From: the human T2T-CHM13v2.0 reference genome, Homo sapiens
NCBI RefSeq assembly: GCF_009914755.1
Contig: NC_060927.1
Direction: 5' to 3' (one strand)
DNA length: 64,000 bases
Shown here: in pieces, positions 1-10,916 of the stretch
Numbering within the stretch: the stretch's first letter is position 1
Layout: every line of letters starts with the position of its first letter
The notes under the pieces: model-generated
What the model was told of the DNA's origin: nothing
Databases searched by the model: none
The model's input: the letters and a program-made list of their open reading frames with translations, nothing else
Position numbers and translations under genes: made by a program

Positions 1-967
1 TACATAAAGACTTTGAAGCAATTATAATTACTTGAGGTGAGAGGAAGCAGTTGAAATAGGCAGGTTGGTAAGTATATTTGAGATCTATAAATATTTTGCA
101 CGATGGTTAGCAATCTGGTTTACTTTCTTTTTTTATGCCCGAAGGTATTTTGCAAGTCTGTCTGCATGTCCTGGAGTTATTCCGGGTAGTCATCTCATGA
201 GCTTTTCTAAGATTGATGCCAGAAAATATTGTTGAATCAGGAACATATTTGGAATGAGTGAGGATGTTCCAAGTTGATAGTATATGACATTGTTAAAAAA
301 ATATGTGTACATGTTTTTGCCTGGTCAGGGCTCTTTGAGCAAAGATTGCTAGCAACATGAGTCAAATGACTGAATAGTAAGGTTAAGATGTATGCCTCTA
401 AAAAATACAGAGCTTTATTTCCCTGAAGATTCGTGTTTACGTTTCAATTAAAAAAAAAAAAAAACCTAGAGCTATTTGTTTACATTCTAAAATGTTATTG
501 GAAGCATCAAGGATCTTCCCTATCTCTTCCCAAAAAAAATTGTTTCCATGAGAGAGCAACATTTTCTCCCCATCTATCTGGGAGAAAAGTTCCTACATAA
601 ACTATATTGTATAGTTTTGGAGTTTCTCACTTGTAGCACAAAACCCCCTTTTGCACATGCAGATGACATCTGTTCTCATTGTGTCACCCCAAAGGGATAA
701 AAAGAATACCAGAGCTGAGATTGCTACATAAGTAAATAATTGCCTATTTCTTATCCAGATATCTTCAAGATAAAAAAATACAGATATTAAAAATTTATTA
801 TTTAAAAATAGGAATGTTTCAAGGTTTGTGCTTGGCTAGTGTGTTTGTTCTGTATGAATGCTTCCTGGAACAAATATCTCCCAGATATTTTTGTGCAAGG
901 TATTAATATGTGTTGCACAAGTGAAAGGATTACATGATTAAGTAAGTTTGAGAAACATGGCATACCA

Positions 968-973
<6 letters not shown>

Positions 974-1004
<31 letters not shown>

Positions 1005-1009
1005 GTCTC
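974..1009. repeat. (TC)n microsatellite
   Basis: Visible TC dinucleotide run ending in tgtctctgtctc. Confidence 0.95.
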
Positions 1010-1301
1010 GGGTACATCAAAATTGGGTTCTGAAAACCCCTACACTAAACAAACGTGTTCAGTCTTCACTCTGTGTTTCCAAGTCAGTAATGCCGTTGGA
1101 GAATGAACTCATAGCTTCTTCTTATCCCCCAAATGTGTCAGAAAAGTATCCTGAAGTTAGTGCCATATTCATGAATGTATTTTCTGTGTAAATGTCTCAG
1201 GAGACTTACTAGTTAGTGTTATTTTTCCTCTCATTGTCCTCAATGTCCTAAAAAAAGTCACTCTATTGGCCCTCTACAAAGCAACTACTATTCAAAAAAC
1301 G

Positions 1302-1478
1302 CAGTGATTTTTCAACACTTCAAGCTCTTTAAAATCACCCAGGTAGCTTTTAATAATACCAATCCCTGTGTCCCAAAGCATGGCAATTAAAAGAGAACCT
1401 CTAAGAATGAGTCAGGAATGTGTAAGATTTAAAAGCTTCCCAGGTGATTCTAATGTATAGCCAGGCTTAAGAACCTGC
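1302..1478. mobile_element. MER5-family hAT-Charlie DNA transposon remnant
   Basis: cagtgatttttcaa start and aagcttcccaggtgattctaatgtatagccaggcttaagaacc end, typical of MER5A/B. Confidence 0.75.
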
Positions 1479-1497
1479 CCCACTCACCAATACAGAG

Positions 1498-1666
1498 CAG
1501 TTGTTCTCAAACTTTAATGAATGTAGGCATCACCTGCATATGAATGCAGACACCCACAGAGGTTATTATTCAGCAGGTCAAAGGTGGGCTAGAAAACTCC
1601 TTTTTAAATGAATACTCCAGATGCTTCTGATATGAGTCCTCAATGAGCACCCTTTGAGATACACAG
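1498..1666. mobile_element. Second MER5-family remnant, adjacent to the first
   Basis: cagttgttctcaaactt ... catcacctg ... ccagatgcttctgat ... ctttgagatacac termini. Confidence 0.7.
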
Positions 1667-2895
1667 ACATAGGCTAAACCCACCCCCTGCCTGCATCAGG
1701 ATAGTCAATCAAAAATTCTATCTTCTGGAAATCAAAGGATGATATTTTAATTCTCCCCTATTCAAACAAGGGGTGTGAAATAATTTTAGAATTCTAACAG
1801 CAAAGTTTAGACTCCTTTTTAATGTCTCTGGCAGACTATGGGTGAGAATAAGCAGTCTATTCTCCAGTAGTTTGATTCAGCTGCAAGAAGGAAAGCCCAG
1901 ATACCCTAACAGCATTCTTCTGTGACAATTCATAAATCTGGCTCCTCAGAGCAGTTATTCCACCTGTAGAATATAGAAGATTCAGCCTGCATAATGAATT
2001 TGTTTCAGAAAACTGGCTAAATTTCTAATTTTGGTAATGGCTATCAGATCAAACTCCTGTAAATAACAACCATAAACTATGGTTAGAATATGGAAAACAA
2101 TTTCCAAAGGCACTGGAAAGAAAACAAAATGCCCAAACACTGGAGGGCGATCAACATGTAGAAGAAAGAAATAGTACAAAGTATGTTTCTCATTTTTTAT
2201 AGCTTTTAGCCTAAAGACAGGCCACAGCTGACATGCAAAGTTGCTAAAACCAGAAAAAAAAAACCCAGATTATTGAGGACCAAGAACACAGAATAAAGAG
2301 GCACCTATAGTAACCGGAAAGTGAAATGAAAATCCTGGAAAGATGAGAGCAACAGATAGAGCACTAAATTCTGCAAACTCTGCTCAAATCTCTGGCTCAC
2401 TCCTAAACTACACATTCAAGAGACAGCTTCCAAGAAGCCTAGTTAAGGTAAAACAACAAATAAGGAAAAAATTCAACTATGAAATCATTACTTGGAGTTT
2501 GAGTTTTCTTTATAGAAAAATATCAGAATCTAAATTCTTTCAGACACATAATTCATAGTATCCAGCATGCAGTAAAAAATTATGTGGTATATTAAAACCA
2601 GAAAAATATGACCCATTTTCAAAGGAAAAAAAATAAACAGAATTCAGCTTCAAATAATGCAGATGTTGTAATTACCAGATACGGGTTTTAAAGCATCTAT
2701 CTTAAATGAGATAAAGTATGCATGTAATATGCACAAAAACAGGAAATAGCAAATAAATAGAAATATAAAAAGAACAACATGAAATTTCCAGAAGTGAAAA
2801 CAAAAATGCAGTATCTAACATAAAAATTAAATGGATATACTTCATAGCAGAATGGAAATTTCCAAATAATCAGAGAATTTAAAGATATACTGATA

Positions 2896-5580
2896 GAATT
2901 AAAAACAAAAATTGTATTATTATATGATTATTTCCATAGGTGCAGAAAAAGCATTTGACAAAATCCAGCATCCCTTTATGATTAAAACCCTCAGCAGAAT
3001 TGCCATAAAAGAGACATACCTCAACGTAATAAAAGCCACCTATGACAAACCCAGAGCCAATTTTATACTGAGTGAGGAAAAGATGAAAACATTTCACCTA
3101 AGAACTGGAAGAAGATAAGGATGCCCACTTACACTAGTTCTAGTCAACACAGCACTGGGAATCGTAGCCAGAGCAATTCAACAAGACAAAGAAACAGAGT
3201 ATCCGAATTGGTAAAGAGGAAGTCAAACTGTCACTGTTCACTGATGATATGATTGCATATCTAAAAAACCCTAAAGACTCATCCACAGAGCTCTTAGATC
3301 TGATAAATGAATTCAGTAAAGTTTCAGGATACAAAATCAACATACACGTATCAGTAGCACAGCTATATATCAACAGCTATCAAACTGAGGATCAAATCAA
3401 GAATGCAATCCCTTTTACAACAGCTGCAAAAAATAAAATAAAATACTTAGGACTATACCTACCCAAGGAGATGAAAGATCTTTACAAGGAAAACTACAAA
3501 ACACTGCTGAAAGAGATCATAGATGACACAAACAAATGGAAACACATCCTATGTTCATGGATGGGTGGAGTCAATATTGTGAAAACGACCATACTGCCAA
3601 AAACAATCTACAGATTCAATGCAATTCCCATCAAAATACCATGATCAGTCTTCACAGAACTAGAAAAACCAAATTCTAAAATTCATATGGAACAAAAAAA
3701 GAGCCTGCATAGCCAAAGCAAGACTAAGCAAAAAGAGCAAATCTGGAGGCATCACATTACCCGACTTCAAACTATACTACAAGGCTATAGTTACCCAAAC
3801 ATCATGGTACTGGAATAAAAGTAGGTATGTAGACCAATGGAACAGAACAGAGAACCCAGAAATAAAGCCAAATATTTACAGTCAACTGATCGCCGACCAG
3901 GCAAACAAAAATGTTAAGTGGGAAAAGGACACCCTATTCAACAAATGATGCTGGGATAATTGGCAAGCCATATATAGAAGAATGAAACTGGAATCCTCAT
4001 CTCTCACCTTATAAAAAAATCAGCTCAAGATGGATCAAATACTTAAATCTAAGACTTGAGACCACAAAATTTCTAGAAGATAACGTTAGAAAAACCCTTC
4101 TAGACATTGGCTTAGGCAAAGAGTTCATAACCAAGAACCTGAAAGCAAATGCAATAGAAACAAAAATTAACAGATAGGACCTAATTAAACTAGAAATCTT
4201 CTGCACAGCAAAAGAAATAATCAGCAGAGTGAACAGATGACCCCGGAGTGGGAGAAAATAGTTACAATCTATGCATCTGACAAAGGACTAATATACAGAA
4301 TCTACAAGCAACTTAAATCAGCAAGAAAAAAACTTCCATCAAAAAGTGGGCCAATGGCATGAACAGGTATTTCTCAAAAGAAGATATACAAATGTCCAAC
4401 AAACATATTTTAAAATGCTCAAATGCCCATCAGTGACAGACTGGATAAAGAAAATGTGGCACATATAAACCATGGAATACTATGTAGCCATAAAAAAGGA
4501 TGAGTTCATGTCCTTTGCAGGGACACGGATGACGCTGGAAACCATCATTCTCAGCAAACTAACACAGGAACAGAAAACCAAACACTGCATGTTCTCGCTC
4601 ATAAGTGGGAGCTGAACAATGAGAACACATGGACACAAGGAGGGGAACATCACTCACTGGGGCCTGTTAAGGGGTGGGGGCTAGGTGAAGGATAGCATGA
4701 GGAGAAATACCTAATGTAGATGATGGGTTGATGGGTGCAGCAAACCACCATGGCACGTGTATAACTATGTAACAAACCTGCACATTCTGCACATGTATCC
4801 CAGAACTAAAAGTATAATTTTTAAAAATGCTCAACATCACTAATTCTCAGGAAATTACAAATCAAAAAAACCACAATGAAATACCACCTTACTCCTGCAA
4901 GAATGGCCATAATTTTAAAGTAATAGATGTTGATGTGGATGTGGTGAAAAGGGAACACTTTGACACTGCTGTTGGGAGTGTAAACTAACACAACCACTAT
5001 GGAAAATACTATGGAGTTTCCTTAAAGAACTAAAAGTAGAACTACCATTCGATCCAGCAACCCCACTGCTGGGTATCTACCCAAAGGAAACTAAGTCTAT
5101 ATGAAAAAGACATTTGCACATGCATATTTATAGCAGCACAATTCACAATTGCAAAAACATGGAACCAGCCTAAATGCCCATCAACCAACTAGTGGGTAAA
5201 GAAAATGTGGTACATATACATCATAGAATACTACTCAGCAATGAAAAGGAATGAAACAATGACATTCATAGCAACCTGGATGGAGTTAGAGACCATTATT
5301 CCAAGTGAAGTGACTCAGGAATGGAAAACTAAATATCATATATTCTCACAAGTGGGAGCAAAGCTGTGAGGATGCAAAGGCATAAGAATGATATAATGGA
5401 CTTTGGGGACTTGGAGGAAAGGGTGGGAGCAGGTGAAGGCTAAAAGACAAAATATCAGGTATAGTGTACACTGCTTGGGTGATGGGTACACCAAAATCTC
5501 GGAAATCACTGCTAAAGAACTTATTCATGTAACCAAACACCACCTGTTCCCTAAAAACGATTGAAATAAAATAAAATTTT
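2896..5580 (+). mobile_element. 5'-truncated L1PB-type LINE-1 (ORF2 RT to 3'UTR), disrupted
   Basis: ORF fragments [17 protein letters not shown] and (DD)[11 protein letters not shown]...IKYLG...[10 protein letters not shown] match L1 ORF2p RT. The 3'UTR tgtacactgcttgggtgatgggtacaccaaaatctc...cacctgttccc is L1PB-like. Decayed 15-bp TSD at 2881-2895 and 5626-5640. Confidence 0.92.
4423..4823 (+). mobile_element. L1PA7-like 3' end nested in the L1PB
   Basis: ggagaaatacctaatgtagatgatgggttgatgggtgcagcaaaccaccatggc...gcacatgtatcccagaact; TSD aaaatgctcaa at 4412-4422 and 4824-4834. Confidence 0.9.
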
Positions 5581-6613
5581 AAGAATAAAGAAATACCTGA
5601 GATGGGTAATTTTTTAAAAAATAACAAAGATACACCAATATAAATTAAATCTGGAAAAGTGCAAATGAGAAAGAAAAGATTTAAAAAATAGTACCTCAAG
5701 AGTCTGTGGGACAATACCAAAATATATGAAATACATGTTATTAGAGTCCTAAGGAGAGTTCAGAATAAAGCCAAAAATTTCCCCAATTTGGTGAATGACC
5801 TAAATTTACAAAGATTTCAGAAAGCTACAAGCAGAATAAGTACAAACAAATAGCTCTAGGTGCACCATTCAAACTACTAAAAGTCAAATATAAAGAGGAA
5901 ATCTTGAAAGCAGCCAAAGAAAAAATGACACATTGCATAAAGGGAAACAAAAATTCAGCTGAACACTGACTTCTGCTCAGAAACAATTGACACCCAAAGG
6001 CAGTTGACCATGTGCAGAAAATGGTACAGGAATTGACATGCAGAAGGAAAATATCAGAACAAAAACTGGAGAGGAAAGTGGAAGTTAAATAATTTATCAG
6101 AGCCATAGAGTTGAAGATGGAGAAAATATTGGATACCCAAGGTTGCATAATGTATCTAAACATTAGACAATAATGGGATATAAGAGGGCAATTCCACATG
6201 AGCCTAGAACAATAGGGTATAGAACACCGATGATCACGGGGTCAAGTCTGCATTTGAACTTGTACGAGATGTGTTTTTCCCATACTATGGCATAATATGA
6301 AAATGTCACGTTCTTCATCTATTCCTCTTCCCCAACCAGAGAAGCACTTTTATCTATATAATGGGGATAGTTCACGACACTAGTTCTCCTCCATTTGTAT
6401 AATTAATATAATATAATATAGCTGTATATTTCAAAAGCCTCTAACACTTATGCTTTAACAAAATAGTTTCCATTGGATTAATTTAGTCTAAGAAAAGTAT
6501 ATGAAGTATAGAGAAATACAAGATATTTATCAGATTTTTATTTATATATATTTTTTAAAAAACAATATTAATGGTAGAAATAAATGAATAATTAAGTAAC
6601 CTTAATCTTCCAT

Positions 6614-6846
6614 TCATGAGGGTTCCTCATGAATGGGAGTAGTGCCCTTATCAAAAAGACCCCAGAGAGATCCCCTGATCGTTCCTCCAGGTGCGATTAC
6701 AATGAGAAACAGGAAGTGGGCCTTCATCAGACACTGAATCTGCAGGTACCTTGATCTGGACCTTTTGGCCTTCAGAACCTCAAAAAATACATTTCCATTG
6801 TATATAAGCTAACCAGTGTATAGTATTTTGTTATACTACACACATA
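6614..6846 (+). mobile_element. MLT1A0-like MaLR LTR, 5'-truncated
   Basis: cctcatgaatgggagtagtgcccttat...cagacactgaatctgc...ccttgatctggac...tattttgttata. Confidence 0.85.
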
Positions 6847-6896
6847 GTATATGGGAGGGAGGGAAAAATGTAGGGAAAGTAGAAGAGAGGCAGAGT

Positions 6897-6918
6897 CACA
6901 CACACACACACACACACA

Positions 6919-6967
<49 letters not shown>
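6897..6967. repeat. Compound microsatellite (CA)12-C-(GA)23
   Basis: Counted directly. Confidence 0.97.
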
Positions 6968-6970
<3 letters not shown>

Positions 6971-9240
6971 GAGATTAATGTCGCTGAAAATTGCTGAATA
7001 AAGAACAAACCAGCCCAAAAGCTAAAGCACTGGCACTCCACAGATAATCTGCAATGTAGCTTATTCAAAAGCATATGACCTAAAATGTTATAGATGAAAG
7101 AAGAATTATGTTAAACCCTAGATTATATGCATTTGATGTATATAATAAACACAATGTGTATTACATACAAAATATTGCTTTCATTTATTCAGGGGAAGAA
7201 CAATCTATATTCTGTTTTCATTATGGGACTGTATAGGCATTTATTGTATGCTTTATACTACAGTTCTTTAAAGTATTTCAATTTATTTCCCTGCTAACAT
7301 TTCATTCTAGAAATGGCAAGGATTAGAACTTGAGGACAACATACATTTGATGTATTACAAATGTCTGCTACAGATTCATTCTTTGGAAGGCTTCAAGTGT
7401 ACAATTAAAAATTTACAACCTATTAATCACCTATAATTAATGCAAAGTGAATGGAGGATCTATAGATATGTTCGCATGTCTGCATAGCTTTTCACAAATA
7501 CAAAGAGTTACCCTGCCACCGGCCCTGTGCCTGTAAAATGCCTGCCAGTTTTAATAACAGAATAAAGTTCCTATGACAGTTTTTTTTTTCAATTTAGAGT
7601 TTATTTCAATCAACCATATTATTAGTTATATTCAGCTCATTTAATATTAATCACATTTTCTTTTCACACGTTGCTGGAATTGACCTAGTATGTCTGCAGA
7701 GATAATAAGATTAAGGTGAATGAAGTAATGAATAGTATAACATGGTCTAATTATATACCATACTCCCATTCACCTTAATTTGAGAAAGAGCAGAAACTGG
7801 ATGAAATTCAAAAGGCAGCAGATTGAAAATGGATAAAAAGACTTTTTTATGTGGTGCATAATCAGCTTTCAGAATTCACTGCTGAGGGATATTTCTCAAG
7901 CTAAAATTTAGCAAAGTTTCAAGATAGGAATAAGAATGGCATCTGTGGATACACTAGCTGGATGTGAATTTATGGACGCTATCAATCCTCATGCTGGTAG
8001 CCATAAAATCATCACCAGCTGGTGCTGGGATGGAAACTCTCCCTGTGGTATCCCACTGTTCAATTGGCCAGATGCATGATGTGCTGTTGTTGTTGTACAA
8101 AGACAAAAGAACCCAGAAAGCCTTAGGCATCAGCCTTTGCCAAAAGAAAGATTGCGCACGTGATGGAAACTTCCAAGCAAGCCATGGGCCATGTTCCTAT
8201 GTTTCGCAGTAACCTCCTTTATCTGTCTTTTGATCAAACGTTATTTCCCCCTTCATGGTAAAACACGATTCCTCCTTTCCACAGAGTTTATTCAATATTA
8301 TCACTGAATTAGTGTGCACTTTATTGGTTAGAAATGCGACTAATCTCTGCTGTAAATAACCAGACCACCTTTCATTTAAAAGGTGGCAGGTCCCAAACGT
8401 CCCCCTTTTAAAGTGGTAACAATGGCCATGGCAGTGATCTGAGGCTTTTGTTAATGGACGGTATGGCAGGTCTATTTGTTGGCATCCTCTCTGATACCCA
8501 GAGTCCTTTAATTCCATCTGACAGATTCAGGCCATGCTCCAGATCTCACAAAAGAGGTGAGGGAGAGTATTGATCCTTCTGTTATTGTTGGTGATTTACT
8601 GTTCCACTCCTTTAGCAAATTTAAACACACACGCACACATACAAACACCCACCACTGAGGTCACAGCTGCTAGATGGCAGAGTAATGAGTGATTATTTTC
8701 TTATCTCTTCTAAGCTCTATAAGTAACTTCTCTTGTGGATTCATGACAGTCCTGCCGATTTAAACCAAATAAATAATATCTTTTCACCCTAGGGTCAAAG
8801 GGTTTCTAAACATGGTAATAAATATCTGCTTAAAATAGAAACTCACACATGTTGAAGGCTTGCAGGGAGCTGAAATGGGCAAAGCTACAAACTACTCTGC
8901 CTTTTTTTTTTTTTTTTTACAAGTATTCTACGGTCTAAAACAAAACTGAAATTATCATTTTGGAGTAGTCTAACAAAGTGATACCAAAAGGATACATAAT
9001 GTAGAAGATATAATTATAAAATCATGAAGCTTCTTCTTTCCTCCAATGCCCACATCAGTCATGGAGATTATTGTGCCTGTTAAATGTTGCTGCATTAGGA
9101 TGCTCTACTGACTTAACTATGTTGCCGTAATACAACATGTTTTTGTATTTCTTTATCACCTTCCCTTCCCTAAATTTATTTTTTGTTGCTGTCTTGTATA
9201 CTTACAGTGGTTTTGACTCTTGAAACATAAGTTAGGTAAT

Positions 9241-9638
9241 TGTATCATAGTCTACTCCAGAGGCCCTAACCAATTATCACAGACTGTGGTAGCCTAAACA
9301 GAAATGTATTTTCTCATAGTTATGGAGGCCGGAAATCCAAGGGCACAGTGCTGGCAGGATTGGTTTCTGGTGAGGCTTCACTTCCGGGCTTGCAGATGGT
9401 GCCTTCTGTCTGTGTACTCACATTGTCTTTTCTCTACGTGTGTGCATGAGGAGAGAAACCCTAGTGTCTCCTCCTCTTCTTACAAGGATGCAGATCCTAT
9501 CAGAGGATTGGGGACTTCACCCTTATGATCCCATTTAAAGTTAATTAACCTTTTAAAGGCCCTGTCTTCAAATACAGTCATATTGGGGGTTAAGGCTTCA
9601 ACATATGAATATGGGGGGACACAATTCAGTCAATAACC
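9241..9638 (-). mobile_element. MLT1B-like MaLR solo LTR
   Basis: tattttctcatagttatggaggc...ctggcaggattggtttctggtgagg...ggggttaaggcttcaacatatgaat...gacacaattcagtc. Confidence 0.85.
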
Positions 9639-10916
9639 ATAATTTTATTTATTTAATGCCAACTATTTTTGAATATTTCCTCTTGAGGTAAATGACACTT
9701 AATATTTAGATAAATGATAATTCTTAGTAGATTAAAAAATATATCACAGGCTCTCAAGACAATTCCAAAACAAGGAGTTTCAGACATGTTTTGAAAAATG
9801 TAGGATTTTCCAGAATAAATAAATAGCTTACTAAGATGACTATATTCCTATTGAGAAAGAATAAGAATTAACAATTTCAATTTGACTAAAAAAAATCCAC
9901 ATTATACCAATCCTTCATCATTGTTTATAAAAAATGTTGATGCCCTTCTGTGACAGCCAAATAAGATTCAAAGAGCTTCAAACAGTCTTTCTGCTAATAA
10001 CAACTTTGGGCTCTGAACAAAATACTAAAACCGTCTTGAAGGCTCTGGAGGAGAAACGAGGCAGATTCTGAAAGGAAGTTGCCATTAGGAAACAGGGAAT
10101 AAAATGGTACATGTTTTTTGTTCTGATGGCCTTGGTTCAGTATCAGAAATTCTGATGTTGTAATAGAAAACCTACCATCTTTCTCTGCCAAGGAATCAGG
10201 GAACGAACCTGATAACCAGAGATGATAGAGAATGGGAGGGAATCACAGAAAGGAGAGATTTAGAAAAGGTGATCCCCAAATTGTGTGTATAAACTCTGCC
10301 CGAGCCTCTGACTGATTCCTGAAATGTGCGTGTGTGAGGAACACTACCAGTGACCATCCAAGTATAAAATAACTGAACCAAGATTTGAAATCCACCCAGT
10401 GCTGGTGAACCAGAATTTGCAGTCTGAATCTGACCAAGCTAATTGCCCACAAAAACAAAAAACCATTAATGTTCCTCTGAGGCATACATCTAGAGTCTAT
10501 GCAGTATAACATTTATAATGTTTAATATTAAATCCAAGTTATGTACAAGAAAACATGAGTCCTTTTCAGAGGAAAAAATAACAAATTCAAATCTGAGATG
10601 ATCAGAAGTGAGAATTATCAGACAATGACTTTAAAGCAGGTGCTTTAAATGTCCAGTAAGGTAAATAAATGTCCAATAAGGTAAAGGAAAATATACTTGT
10701 AATGAGTGAAAAATATAGAAAATATCATCAAAAAAATAGACTATGTATTAAAAAAACCAACCAAATAGAAATTTTAGAAAGAAAAAATACAATATTAGAA
10801 ATTCGCATTTCACTAGCTGGACTTACATAGAAAAAAAATCAGTGAACTAGAAGTTATTGAACTTGGTCAATAGAAATTACCTAATCTGGAATAAGGGAGA
10901 AAAAAGATTTAAAATA

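Larger units (their letters stand above)
2060..6000 (+). mobile_element. Old L1M 5'/ORF1 remnant, split by an L1PB insertion (host parts ~2060-2895 and ~5626-6000)
   Basis: A-rich ORF1-like sequence, e.g. ctgtgggacaatacc and gaaaatcttgaaagcagcc-like motifs; ORF1 order resumes after 5626. Confidence 0.65.

Noticed and set aside
2912-3644. ORFs with reverse-transcriptase motifs, as a possible novel RT system
   Set aside because: They are ordinary LINE-1 ORF2 fragments broken by stops and frameshifts.
7964-8517. 82-aa and 106-aa ORFs in unique sequence
   Set aside because: No recognisable domain or exon structure; lengths are within chance expectation.
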